Positions 1 through 10,147 are shown, counted from the first letter of the stretch. The stretch: 64,000 bases of DNA from Candidatus Methanomethylicia archaeon (GCA_038727515.1 JAVYVS010000002.1:224001-288000), one strand, 5' to 3'. Translations and numbers: made by a program. The notes: generated by a model not told the origin, from the sequence alone.

Positions 1-1
1 A

Positions 2-949
2 ACTACTGTTCATTTTGTTTCAACAACCCCCGAAGAGATTGAAGCTTTACAAATTGCTAGAGCTCTTGGGAAACTTAAAGTTAGAGTATGCCTATATATT
101 TCAGCTGAATATTTAGATTATATATCTAAATTAAAATTGAAACGTGGTTTTGGAGATTACTTTTTAAAGATTAATGGTGTAAAAACTTTGGTAGATGGAT
201 CTCTCGGTGCTAGAACTGCTGCTTTAAGAGCTCCATACAATGATGATCCAAAAACTAAGGGTATCCTAGTATTATCCTATGAAAAGCTTAAGGATATAGT
301 ATTGAAAGCTAATAGCTGTGGATTACAAATTGCTGTACATGCTATTGGAGATATGGCTATTGAAATGGTTCTAAATGTTTTTAGAGAAGTTTTATCTATG
401 CATCCCACCTATGATCATAGACATAGAATTGAACATGCATCAATAATTTCCCCAGAATTAATTGAACTTATGAATAAGCTAGGTATATGTGCATCTGTAC
501 AACCTAGATTTATAATATCTGATTTTTGGGCTGTGGATAGAGTTGGAGTTGAAAGGGCTAAATGGGTTTACCCATTCAATAGCATGCTTAAATCAGGTTT
601 GAAAATTGCAGGTGGATCTGATTGTCCAGTGGATCCATTAGACCCATTATATCAGATCTATTCAGCTGTAACTAGAGGTAAATATGAGAACATTGAATTA
701 TACAATTATACTAGGGATGAATGTTTAACACCACTGGAAGCTATTAAATTGTTTACTAGGAATGCAGCATATATTGGTTTTGAAGAAGATGTTAAAGGTA
801 GTATTGATGTGGGAAAGTTTGCGGATATGGTTATTCTGTCTGATGATCCTTTAACTGTTAATGAAAGTATGATTAAAGATATAAAGGTTTTAGCAACTTT
901 TGTTGATGGAAAACTTGTTTACAAATCTAGTGTGGAATGTTTTAAATAA
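2..949 (+). CDS. Amidohydrolase, YtcJ/Amidohydro_3 family (5'-truncated by window edge)
   Basis: Frame is open from base 2 (TTVHFVSTTPEE...) into the listed ORF. Motifs K..VDGSLGARTA, HAIGD, HRIEHAS, GSDCP, GSIDVGKFADMVIL. Confidence 0.9.
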   Translation, partial: TTVHFVSTTPEEIEALQIARALGKLKVRVCLYISAEYLDYISKLKLKRGFGDYFLKINGVKTLVDGSLGARTAALRAPYNDDPKTKGILVLSYEKLKDIVLKANSCGLQIAVHAIGDMAIEMVLNVFREVLSMHPTYDHRHRIEHASIISPELIELMNKLGICASVQPRFIISDFWAVDRVGVERAKWVYPFNSMLKSGLKIAGGSDCPVDPLDPLYQIYSAVTRGKYENIELYNYTRDECLTPLEAIKLFTRNAAYIGFEEDVKGSIDVGKFADMVILSDDPLTVNESMIKDIKVLATFVDGKLVYKSSVECFK

Positions 950-979
950 TTCTATCACGATTTTATTTTGGTGTAGTTT

Positions 980-2335
980 ATGAGTGAACTCGATGTCCCT
1001 AAGATTGTAGTTACACCTCCAGGTCCAAAGGCTAAAATGATTATTGAGAATGATGAAAGATTTTTAATGCAATCTTTCGTACGTTGGTATCCCTTGGTAT
1101 TAGAGGAAGCTAAAGATTGTATATTAATTGATGTTGATGGTAACAAATATATTGATTTGAATGCTGGTATTGCTGTTACATCTGTCGGTCACTGTCACCC
1201 TAAAGTTGTAGAGGCTATTAAGAAGCAAGCTGAAAAATATTTGCATTATTCATTAACAGACTTTTATTATGATCCTGCAGTTACATTAGCTAAAAAGCTT
1301 ATTGAAATAACCCCTGGAAATTTCCCTAAGAAGGTCTTCTTCTGTAATAGTGGTGCTGAAGCTGTTGAAGGTGCATTGAAGGTTGCTAGAGGATATTTTA
1401 AGGGTTCTAGACCATACATTATTGCATATATAGGTTCATTTCATGGTAGATTATTTGGAACCATGGCTTTGACATCTAGTAAAATTGCTCAACGTAAAGG
1501 GTTTGCACCATTACTTCCATGTGTTGAACATGTCCCATATCCATATTGTTATAGATGTCCTTGGAAACAAAATTACCCTGAATGTGGTTATTGGTGTGTT
1601 GATTTCATTGATGAATACTACTTTAAGAAATTTGTTCCACCAGATGAAACTTGTTGTATAGTTTTCGAACCTATTTTAGGTGAAGGTGGATATGTTGTTC
1701 CACCGCCTGAATACTGGAATAGGATAAGGAAGTTATGTGATAATTATGGAATACTCATGATATCAGATGAAGTTCAATCTGGGGTTGGTAGAACTGGTAG
1801 ATGGTTTGCAATAGAACATTGGAATGTTGTCCCAGATATTATAACTGTTGCTAAGGGTATTGCAGCTGGACTTCCATTAGGTGCAATAATTGGTAAAAGT
1901 GATTTAATGTCTCTATCAAGGGGTAGTCATGCATCTACATTTGGAGGCAATCCAGTTTCATGTGCTGCTGCATCAACTGTTATTGATATAATTAGAGATG
2001 AAAAATTAATGGATAATGCTGTAAAAGTTGGAGATTACACTCTCAAGAGATTTAGAGAAATGGCTGAGAAAATCGAGCTTATAGGTGATGTTAGAGGTAA
2101 AGGCCTTATGATTGGAGTTGAACTTGTTAAAGATAGACGTAGTAAGGAGCCTGCTATTAAAGAGCTTGAAACTGTTTTAATGGAATGTTTTAAACGTGGT
2201 ATTGCAGTTATTGGTAGTGGTATTTCTTCTATTAGGATTTCTCCTCCATTAACCATATCCATTGAGCTCATGGATAAAGCTTTAAACATTATTGAATCAG
2301 TTTTATTTGAAGTGTCTAAAAAGTATTCAAAATAG
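980..2335 (+). CDS. Class III PLP-dependent aminotransferase (4-aminobutyrate/acetylornithine family)
   Basis: NSGAEAVE, SFHGR, FEPILGEGG, DEVQSGVGRTG, AKG (PLP Lys), STFGGNP. Confidence 0.92.
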   Translation: MSELDVPKIVVTPPGPKAKMIIENDERFLMQSFVRWYPLVLEEAKDCILIDVDGNKYIDLNAGIAVTSVGHCHPKVVEAIKKQAEKYLHYSLTDFYYDPAVTLAKKLIEITPGNFPKKVFFCNSGAEAVEGALKVARGYFKGSRPYIIAYIGSFHGRLFGTMALTSSKIAQRKGFAPLLPCVEHVPYPYCYRCPWKQNYPECGYWCVDFIDEYYFKKFVPPDETCCIVFEPILGEGGYVVPPPEYWNRIRKLCDNYGILMISDEVQSGVGRTGRWFAIEHWNVVPDIITVAKGIAAGLPLGAIIGKSDLMSLSRGSHASTFGGNPVSCAAASTVIDIIRDEKLMDNAVKVGDYTLKRFREMAEKIELIGDVRGKGLMIGVELVKDRRSKEPAIKELETVLMECFKRGIAVIGSGISSIRISPPLTISIELMDKALNIIESVLFEVSKKYSK

Positions 2336-3655
2336 TTCTTCTATCTTTCTTTTTATCTCATTTATATTTTTTGAAATATCTTTTTCGTTGATCTTCTTCA
2401 TATCCATAATTATACTTATAGCTTCTCTACCCCTCTCCATACCCTTAGGCATTCCATACATTTCTATTAATTCATTCTTCAATATGATCAATGCCATCAA
2501 CATTTTCTTCTTTAATTTTGCCTCTATTTCATATATCTTTAACCTATTATATCCATATTCTATTCCATCAATTATACTCTCAGTAAATTCTTCATATACA
2601 TTTATGGGTTTATAATATCCTCCATGGAGGCTTAATATTTCATCAAACATTTGAAAACCTTCTGGTGTATGTATTTGAGAAAGTATTTCTTGTGCATTTA
2701 ATATTGTGGTTCCTTTAACTTGATGGAAAACAAATTTTTCAGCTGAAGGTAGTGGATTCATAACATGCCATAATGCATAATACTCTTCCAATTTCATTTT
2801 TTCTAATTCCTTTCCACTAAGCTTTCTAGTTAAGTGGAAGTCTGTTATATATGTTTTATCAAATCCTACTACATGATTTGCTAAATGGGAATTTGTGTAA
2901 ATCCCCATTCCACTGGGATCTAGTATTGTTCCATGTATTATTCCATTATCATGTAGAAGTCTCAGATTGTATCCACATGATGAGCCAAGCCATTTTAGAT
3001 ATGCTTTAACTTCTTTGACATTAATGATTTTCTCAATTTTTGGGATCAATAATCCATAGAGAATTTCATCAACCCTTATATCGTTAATATTCCTATAGAA
3101 TACACATGCACCTTTAACTATCTTCTCTGATTTTTCAATTAACCTTAAGATTTCTTCTCGTTCACCACTTGCAATCTTATTTGCAAGTTCATATCTATTT
3201 TGCATTTCTAGTAACTTTATTTTTTCATATAATCCTATGCCTATAGGTTCTGGTGATGGTATATTAAGATCCTTTAGCATTAACATGTTCTCCACTTCTT
3301 TTTCTGCTTCATTGATGTCCATGAATCCCCATATTAATTGCCCTGTTCCAATGAATTCTTTCGTGAAATAATATGTGTATATGGTATTTTCCCTATATAT
3401 TGGTCTTACACCTTTAAATGGTATTCCAATACCCTTCAACTTTACTATATATTCATCGTAAACTTTAATTGTAGATCTAAATCCACTGGTAAACCCTTTT
3501 TCACTAGGTAATTTATCGCTTGTTTCACAAAGTATTGGTAGTTTATTTTTTTCATGAGGATACAATTCTGGTCTTATAAGTTTTGTTTCACCATCAATCA
3601 AATAATACTCTATTGGTTCCCCTCTAAGTTTTTGTATAATCCCCTTTAATTCCAT
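2327..3655 (-). CDS. Hypothetical protein with protein-kinase-like (SelO/YdiU-like) motifs
   Basis: VKLKGIG, EAEKEVEN..LNIPSP, LHDNGIIHG..HLAN..ITDF occur in kinase-fold order. Confidence 0.55.
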   Translation of the reverse strand: MELKGIIQKLRGEPIEYYLIDGETKLIRPELYPHEKNKLPILCETSDKLPSEKGFTSGFRSTIKVYDEYIVKLKGIGIPFKGVRPIYRENTIYTYYFTKEFIGTGQLIWGFMDINEAEKEVENMLMLKDLNIPSPEPIGIGLYEKIKLLEMQNRYELANKIASGEREEILRLIEKSEKIVKGACVFYRNINDIRVDEILYGLLIPKIEKIINVKEVKAYLKWLGSSCGYNLRLLHDNGIIHGTILDPSGMGIYTNSHLANHVVGFDKTYITDFHLTRKLSGKELEKMKLEEYYALWHVMNPLPSAEKFVFHQVKGTTILNAQEILSQIHTPEGFQMFDEILSLHGGYYKPINVYEEFTESIIDGIEYGYNRLKIYEIEAKLKKKMLMALIILKNELIEMYGMPKGMERGREAISIIMDMKKINEKDISKNINEIKRKIEELF

Positions 3656-3737
3656 ATTATCTATCCAGTATATTATTTGGGTTTTAAATATTTGTTACGT
3701 TTATTTATTCATTTTAAGATATTTTTGGTGAATATAC

Positions 3738-4841
3738 ATGGGTAGAATTAGAGTTAGAGATTTTGGTTTAGAGATAGGTAGTTTGGATCCTGGTCCCACA
3801 AATTCAATAGTTGATGTTGAAGGGGTAATGATAGGTCATTGTACATTAATTTATGGTGAAGGTAAGTTAGAGCCGGGTAAAGGTCCTGTTAGAACTGGTG
3901 TAACCATTGTTTTTCCTCATGAAGATAAAAATGTATTTAAACAGAAGGTTTTTGCAAGTTCCTATGTCATTAATGGTTTTGGTAAACCTATTGGTTTAGT
4001 TCAACTTAATGAACTTGGGCAATTGGAAACCCCTATAGCTTTAACTAATACACTTAATGTTGGAATTGTTGCTGATGCCATAATAGAGTATATGCTTGAT
4101 TTAAATCCAGATATAGGTGTAACCACTGGTACAGTTAATCCAGTTGTACTTGAATGTAATGATAGTTTCTTAAATGATATTCGTGGTAGACATGTAAAGC
4201 ATCAACATGTATATGAAGCTATTAGAAATGCATCATCTAAACAAGTTATTGAGGGAGCTGTAGGCGCTGGTACTGGTATGTCTTGTTTTGAATTTAAAGG
4301 TGGTATAGGTTCTTCCTCTAGAAGACTCCCTAAAGAGGTTGGGGGATATACTGTTGGTGTACTTGTACTTTCCAATTTTGGTCGTAGGACTGATTTGATT
4401 ATAGCTGGAGTTCCAGTGGGACGTGAATTAAAGGATTATGGTTTATCTAAACCTCAAGATGGGGGGTCAATAGTTATAATTGTTGCAACAGATGCACCAT
4501 TAACCCCTAGACAGCTTAATAGATTGGCTAAACGTGCAACACATGGTCTTGCTCGAACTGGAAGTTATTCATCCCATGGAAGTGGTGATTTTGTAATTGC
4601 ATTTTCAACAGCTTATAAAATTCCACATTATGAAGAATCGATCACATACAATATTAATGTGTTAAGTGAAAGTTATATGTCGTATATGTTTAGAGCTGTT
4701 GTTGAAGCTGTTGAAGAAGCTATATTGAATTCAATGTTTATGGCGAAAACTATGGTTGGTAGAGATAACAATGTTAGATATGCTATACCATTAGATAAAG
4801 TCGAAGAAATACTTGTAAAATATAATGTTTTGAAACGTTGA
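3738..4841 (+). CDS. dmpA: DmpA/P1 (S58) family L-aminopeptidase/D-amidase
   Basis: RTGVT, NGFGK, ECNDSFLNDI, EGAVGAGTGM, KGGIGSSSR, GGS|IV autoprocessing site, HGSGD. Confidence 0.92.
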   Translation: MGRIRVRDFGLEIGSLDPGPTNSIVDVEGVMIGHCTLIYGEGKLEPGKGPVRTGVTIVFPHEDKNVFKQKVFASSYVINGFGKPIGLVQLNELGQLETPIALTNTLNVGIVADAIIEYMLDLNPDIGVTTGTVNPVVLECNDSFLNDIRGRHVKHQHVYEAIRNASSKQVIEGAVGAGTGMSCFEFKGGIGSSSRRLPKEVGGYTVGVLVLSNFGRRTDLIIAGVPVGRELKDYGLSKPQDGGSIVIIVATDAPLTPRQLNRLAKRATHGLARTGSYSSHGSGDFVIAFSTAYKIPHYEESITYNINVLSESYMSYMFRAVVEAVEEAILNSMFMAKTMVGRDNNVRYAIPLDKVEEILVKYNVLKR

Positions 4842-4847
4842 AAATAA

Positions 4848-6017
4848 CTAAATATTACCCCATTTTTCCGATATCTTTTTCAAATTTTTAAAAGCCATTA
4901 TTTTGCCCTTCTCATTTTTCCTTATAGCTTCTATTATTGTTCTTAATTCTAGTATTACATCATCATAATGCTTTTTGGATATTGGATATGGTACTCCATC
5001 TTTTCCACCAACTGCATAAGACCACTTTATTGGGTCGTATATATGGGTTACAGGATCTCTTTTTGATGGGGGGTCATTATATATTAGTTCTGAAATTAAT
5101 GATAAAGCCCTTAACATGCTTGGTCCCACTCCATGTTGCAATAAGAATTCCTTAAAATCTCTAACATTCACTTTATAGATTTCTTCAAGTTTCTTCCAAT
5201 TTATTTCCTTCTCATTAATTGGTTTGTAGAAAACTTTTATACGTATTGTTGTTTCATGGCCCCCTATATTATTAACCCATTTATCTAGTTTCTCACTTTT
5301 ATTTAGGATTCTATTTACTTCCATCAAATATGTCTTTATCCTATTTGGTTCTTCATTTATTAAATCCAGGATTGTCTTTCTAGTTTTATGGCTCTCTTTT
5401 GCCACTAGATTAAGTACTTCTTCAACTTTTATTGGGCATGATATTGCTGTATGTGGTTCTTCAACTAGATCCTTTATGTTTTTTGAATACCAATGATATC
5501 TTCTAGCAAATCTTGTTTCTATATTCATGCCTTGTTGGATTACACTCCAATCTCCACTTTTTGATATGAGCATTACATGATGATATAAGTTGAATCCATC
5601 TTGTACTGCTGAATTATCTATTTTTGCAACAAGTCTACTTACTTCTTTTAATTTATTTGTTAATTCTTCATTGAAATTGAACTTTTTAGATATGTTGTTT
5701 ATATCATCTAGTGTTTTAAGACTTTTCCTACCTTTACCACCAGCTATAGCTAAATTTATATCCATCTTTTCAAGAGCTTCCCTCAATACACCACATGTTA
5801 CAGTAGTAGATCCAGAAGAATGCCAATCAAATCCTAAAACATTGCTAAAGGCTTGAAACCAAAGGGGGTTACTAATTCTCTCCATTATCTTTATTTCCCC
5901 AAATTCATTATACATTATCTCAAGAATTTCAGAAGCTAAATTTACCATTCTATTAAATAACCATCGTGGAGCTACACCATAATGTAATGGTAATTCTGCT
6001 ATACCATATATTCCCAT
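4848..6017 (-). CDS. DUF763 family protein
   Basis: LPLHYG..P.WL, GFDWHSSGSTT, QDGFNLYHH, QQGMN..ARRYHW, GGKDGVPYP. Confidence 0.88.
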   Translation of the reverse strand: MGIYGIAELPLHYGVAPRWLFNRMVNLASEILEIMYNEFGEIKIMERISNPLWFQAFSNVLGFDWHSSGSTTVTCGVLREALEKMDINLAIAGGKGRKSLKTLDDINNISKKFNFNEELTNKLKEVSRLVAKIDNSAVQDGFNLYHHVMLISKSGDWSVIQQGMNIETRFARRYHWYSKNIKDLVEEPHTAISCPIKVEEVLNLVAKESHKTRKTILDLINEEPNRIKTYLMEVNRILNKSEKLDKWVNNIGGHETTIRIKVFYKPINEKEINWKKLEEIYKVNVRDFKEFLLQHGVGPSMLRALSLISELIYNDPPSKRDPVTHIYDPIKWSYAVGGKDGVPYPISKKHYDDVILELRTIIEAIRKNEKGKIMAFKNLKKISEKWGNI

Positions 6018-6058
6018 AATAAATTTATCACACCTAAATTACTCTTACAATTTTAACT

Positions 6059-6460
6059 TTAAAACTCTTCTTCTAATATTCCAGATAATTCCTCTATTCT
6101 CCTCCTATCTTCTTCAAACATAGCCTTCCTAAGTTTATTCTTTAAAGTTTTCTCTATTGTTAAACCATATCCTTCAAGCAGCATTTCTATCTTTTTATTT
6201 AGTTTTTCTCCTTCTTCATCAAAATCCATTAATACCACTACTCTAAACCCCCTACACTTCTCTTTAATCTCTTCCACAATTTCAAACAATGGCTTATGCA
6301 TTTCTCCAATGGCTATTATCTGAGATTTGCATCCAAGCTTCATTAACACTTCTCTATCCCTTTTCCCTTCAACTATTATTAAATCAACATTTTCATCTAA
6401 AGTCTTTAAAATCTCCTCTATCTCCAATCTCCTCTCTAAAACCTTTCTTGATATCTTCAT
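6059..6460 (-). CDS. Small Toprim-domain protein (RNase M5/primase-like)
   Basis: IIVEGKRD and MDFDEEG Toprim motifs. Confidence 0.85.
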   Translation of the reverse strand: MKISRKVLERRLEIEEILKTLDENVDLIIVEGKRDREVLMKLGCKSQIIAIGEMHKPLFEIVEEIKEKCRGFRVVVLMDFDEEGEKLNKKIEMLLEGYGLTIEKTLKNKLRKAMFEEDRRRIEELSGILEEEF

Positions 6461-6991
6461 TTACTTCTTCCTCGCATGGTAGAGTATATGTTTAACTTCT
6501 GGGAAGAGTAGTTTCTCTAAAGCTAGCGTAACCGCTTTTTGCGATCCAGGTATTGCAGCTACTAATACTCCTTTAAATAAGCCTGCAATAGCCCTAGACA
6601 TTATTGCTGCTGCCCCTATCTCCCTATAACTTAACATTCTAAATATTTCTCCAAATCCATCAATTCTCTTATCCAAAATATTCTGTAATACTTCACATGT
6701 TACATCCGTTTGACTTAATCCAGTTCCACCTATGAATATTATCATATCACTCCCCATTTCAACCTTATTAAATAACTCTTCTCTAATCATTTTTTCATTA
6801 TCTGGAATTACTTCTTTACATAAAACTTTAAACCCATATTTTTCAGCTATTTTTACAGCTTCTTCTCCAGATTCATCTTTAAATTCTTCCCCACGGATCT
6901 TCTTTTCATATCTCGAAGTACTTACAACAATTATTGAAACCTTCACTTCTAAAACTTCTTTTAATGCTTCTTCTTTATGTTCCATCGACAT
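6461..6991 (-). CDS. moaB: Molybdopterin adenylyltransferase, MoaB/Mog family
   Basis: DESG, GGTGLSQTDVT, GFGEIFR, SRAIAG, PGS. Confidence 0.9.
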   Translation of the reverse strand: MSMEHKEEALKEVLEVKVSIIVVSTSRYEKKIRGEEFKDESGEEAVKIAEKYGFKVLCKEVIPDNEKMIREELFNKVEMGSDMIIFIGGTGLSQTDVTCEVLQNILDKRIDGFGEIFRMLSYREIGAAAIMSRAIAGLFKGVLVAAIPGSQKAVTLALEKLLFPEVKHILYHARKK

Positions 6992-7951
6992 TTAATTACA
7001 CCTCCTATAAATCCTAGTTCCAGTTTTACCTTCTAAAGCTTCTAGAGCTTTTTCAAGTGAGGTTATTATTGCCAATTCCCCTCCCCACTCTATAAACCTT
7101 ATACATGCTTGGATTTTTGGACCCATGCTTCCTGGTGGAAAATGACCTTCCTCATAATATTTTTTCGCTTCTTCTAAACTCATTTCATCAATTTCAATCT
7201 CATTTGGTTTTCCAAAGTTTAGTTTAACCTTTTCTACATCTGTTAATATCAATAGTATGTCTGCATTAATCATTTCTGCAAGTTTTTCACCAGCTAAATC
7301 TTTATCTATTACTGCTTCTACTCCAACATAGTTTCCATCTTCTAATAATACTGGTATTCCTCCTCCACCAGATGCTATAACTATTACTCCTTCATCTACA
7401 AGTTTCTTTACAATCTTTCCCTCCAATATCCTTACTGGTTCCGGGGATGGTACAACCCTTCTATACACTTTTCCTTCTCCTGGTTTTACCTTTTTGATTA
7501 TTATCCCCCTTATTTCCATCATCTTTCTTTCAGCTTCTTTTAAATCATAGAATGGTCCTATGGGTTTTGTTGGGTCTTTAAATGCGGGGTCACTTTTATC
7601 TACTTCTACCTGTGTTATTATGGTTACGATATCTCTATGAATTCCATTCTTTACAAGGATGTTTCTTAAGGTTCTTTGTATTAAATATCCTATTTGTCCC
7701 TGCGTCATAGCCCCCAATACATCTAAGGGTTGTGGTGGTATTTCATTTGATGCTAATTCTTGCTGTATTAGTAAGTTTCCCACTTGTGGACCATTTCCAT
7801 GTGTTATTACTATATCATAACCGGCTTTTATCAATTTCATTAATTGTTCACATGTATTTTCAATATTTTTTAATTGTTCTTCGTAAGTTCCAATTTCTTC
7901 AGCTTTCTTTATTGCATTTCCACCCAGTGCCACTAGAACTCTCTTTTTCAT
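6992..7951 (-). CDS. arcC: Carbamate kinase (CK-like carbamoyl-phosphate synthetase)
   Basis: ALGGNA, THGNGPQVG, PTKPIGPFY, RRVVPSP, GGGGIPV, EAVIDKD, GSMGPK. Confidence 0.95.
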   Translation of the reverse strand: MKKRVLVALGGNAIKKAEEIGTYEEQLKNIENTCEQLMKLIKAGYDIVITHGNGPQVGNLLIQQELASNEIPPQPLDVLGAMTQGQIGYLIQRTLRNILVKNGIHRDIVTIITQVEVDKSDPAFKDPTKPIGPFYDLKEAERKMMEIRGIIIKKVKPGEGKVYRRVVPSPEPVRILEGKIVKKLVDEGVIVIASGGGGIPVLLEDGNYVGVEAVIDKDLAGEKLAEMINADILLILTDVEKVKLNFGKPNEIEIDEMSLEEAKKYYEEGHFPPGSMGPKIQACIRFIEWGGELAIITSLEKALEALEGKTGTRIYRRCN

Positions 7952-8037
7952 TTATCAACACCTATAGTTTTGTTGAGACAAAATCATTTATTTTAATAGG
8001 AGTATATTAATGTTATAGTAGTAAAATGGTGAAATAA

Positions 8038-8361
8038 TTGTCTAAAGTTGGTTATGGGTCTATATCTATTGCCATAGTTTTTATATGCTCTGGACTTATT
8101 TTGATATTATCTTTTGTAGGTATTCCAATGGACTTCTTTACTTCCTTTTCAATTATTCTATTATCTCTAGCTTTTTGGACTTTGATTTATGGGTTTAAAT
8201 TTGGTGGTGGAGATAGATTTTGGATTGTTAATGGCTTATTTCTACTAATTCTTTCAGCTTCACTACTTTCATATTCTATTTTTCATTCTCTCATAGTATC
8301 GTTTAGCATATTATTGATATGCATTGGAGCAATAATAATTCTAGCTAGTCGTAGTAGATAA
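8038..8361 (+). CDS. Small hypothetical membrane protein (about 4 TM)
   Basis: Fills the intergenic gap; four hydrophobic stretches; GGTGA SD upstream of TTG. Confidence 0.7.
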   Translation: MSKVGYGSISIAIVFICSGLILILSFVGIPMDFFTSFSIILLSLAFWTLIYGFKFGGGDRFWIVNGLFLLILSASLLSYSIFHSLIVSFSILLICIGAIIILASRSR

Positions 8362-9327
8362 TTACATTATTTCAATGGTTGTTTCTATGACTTTCTTAAC
8401 TTCTTTTGGTATCATCCTCCTCAATGTTATATAGTTTAATAATCTACTTTTAAATGATAATTTTATTTTAAATCCACATGCAAAGGGGTGTCCTCCACCT
8501 CCAAATTTCTCTGCTATTTTAAGTAAATTTATTTCTTTGCTTCTATCTCCTATGTATACTGATATTGCATTATCTCTTCTCCACACGATCATGAAATCCA
8601 GTTTTAATTTTTCTGATATTTTCCTTGAAAGCCAGCTCTTTGGGGTTTCACTCTTTCTTAGATCTACAAATCCAAATTTTAATCCACTTTTTGTATCAAA
8701 TATTTTAGTTTTCTTGTAGCTTTTGTTTAATTCGTTTTCAGCTTTCCTTTTAATTTTTTCTGCTCCTGATGATATTTCTTCATCCCAAAATATTCCTTTT
8801 GAAAATTTTCCTAGGAGTTTCTCTTTCCATTCATCTTTGAAACTTAAAGCTCGTAGTATGAAGCTTTCATTAAATCTATCTGTTAACGTATCTATATCGT
8901 CTGCGTATAAGCTGATTTTCTTAGATATATCATCTTTACTCATAAATTTCTCATATACTATTCTTGCTGAACTTGAAGTTTTATTTATCATTATTAAATC
9001 TATGAATTTCTCTAGGTCTTTTACATCTCCTTCTCTCCATAGATGATGATCAATCCAAAAGATTTTGTTTCCATCCATTTTTAAACGTTTTATTTCTCTT
9101 TTTATGTCTTCTGCATTTGTTGGATTCAATGAGATGTCTGTTATGTATATCAATGTTTCTTTAATGTTTACCATCTTCTTTAATTCTTCAAGTAGTGTCG
9201 ATGGTCCTGTGAAAACTACTTTTACATTTTCTCTGGGTATTTTAAATTCTACTTCAAGGTATCTTAGTATTATTGCTGCTGAAGCTATTCCATCTATATC
9301 TCCATGGGTTAGTATTATGCTTTTCAA
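8362..9327 (-). CDS. DHH/DHHA1 family phosphoesterase (NrnA/nanoRNase-like)
   Basis: HGDIDG, TD, WIDHH, C-terminal GGGGHPFACG. Confidence 0.9.
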   Translation of the reverse strand: MKSIILTHGDIDGIASAAIILRYLEVEFKIPRENVKVVFTGPSTLLEELKKMVNIKETLIYITDISLNPTNAEDIKREIKRLKMDGNKIFWIDHHLWREGDVKDLEKFIDLIMINKTSSSARIVYEKFMSKDDISKKISLYADDIDTLTDRFNESFILRALSFKDEWKEKLLGKFSKGIFWDEEISSGAEKIKRKAENELNKSYKKTKIFDTKSGLKFGFVDLRKSETPKSWLSRKISEKLKLDFMIVWRRDNAISVYIGDRSKEINLLKIAEKFGGGGHPFACGFKIKLSFKSRLLNYITLRRMIPKEVKKVIETTIEIM

Positions 9328-9386
9328 TCTTTTTCCCTCAATTTCCTTGTTTAATACATACTGGTATCATGTATTACCTCCTACAT

Positions 9387-9557
9387 TTATACTCTCCTCT
9401 TCACTCCCCTCCTCAATTCATTTATTCCATTTATCAATAGTAATATTCCACCTATTAAGAGCACTAATATTCCAATATCTTGTTCTAATGTTAATAGTAT
9501 TATTCCAATGATCATCATAAATATGAATAGTATCGATGTTAGAGCCCTTTCACTCAT
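9387..9557 (-). CDS. Small 56-aa two-TM membrane protein (not in ORF track)
   Basis: Manual translation MSERALTSILFIFMMIIGIILLTLEQDIGILVLLIGGILLLINGINELRRGVKRRV*. ATG overlaps the end of the upstream gene; codon usage matches other minus-strand genes. Confidence 0.7.
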   Translation of the reverse strand: MSERALTSILFIFMMIIGIILLTLEQDIGILVLLIGGILLLINGINELRRGVKRRV

Positions 9558-10125
9558 ATATCATCATCTCCATGAGCTCACTCTTTTTAATGGTATCAAT
9601 CATATTCTTCATTCTATCATAGATCTTTTTTAATGCTTGTAGATCATCGTAACAATGTTCTATTATTAAGTTTATTGCATCTTGATCTCCAGAGATCGCT
9701 CTCATATAGTATGGTGGCATATCCCTCCCCTTTAATTCCACCTTCTTCTGTATGTTCATGTATTTTGCAACTGAATCTAGACTGTACTCACTTAATCTTA
9801 GCAATTTCTTTGCATATCTGTATAAGTCTATGTGTTCCTTTTCAATTAATGGTGTTGGATCTATATCATGTACTATTGCTCTTGACACCAACATTGGGAT
9901 GTCAAAGTTCAATCCATTCCAAGTTACTATTCTCTCCACATCGCTTAGTTTTTCCATAATTCTTTTTATCAATTCCCTTTCCCCATCTATTATGCTTCCT
10001 TTTAAAAATTCATGATCCCATGATCCATCTTCAAACATTATTCCAACTCCAACTATGAATCCGCTATCTGCAGATAGAGATGTGGTTTCTATATCCAGGA
10101 ATACTGTTTTTGGCATTTTAATCAA
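9550..10125 (-). CDS. RNase H-like (YprB/RNase_H_2) DEDD-type exonuclease
   Basis: FLDIETT, TWNGLNFDIP, HIDLY, HCYDDL. Confidence 0.88.
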   Translation of the reverse strand: MIKMPKTVFLDIETTSLSADSGFIVGVGIMFEDGSWDHEFLKGSIIDGERELIKRIMEKLSDVERIVTWNGLNFDIPMLVSRAIVHDIDPTPLIEKEHIDLYRYAKKLLRLSEYSLDSVAKYMNIQKKVELKGRDMPPYYMRAISGDQDAINLIIEHCYDDLQALKKIYDRMKNMIDTIKKSELMEMMIYE

Positions 10126-10147
10126 AAATTAATATTGCTCTTGATAT

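Noticed and set aside
2292-2615. Hydrophobic 107-aa ORF that looks like a membrane protein (likewise 9065..9511, 8723..9046 and many other short track ORFs)
   Set aside because: Antisense to E/K/I-rich minus-strand genes; the hydrophobicity is an artefact of the reverse complement.
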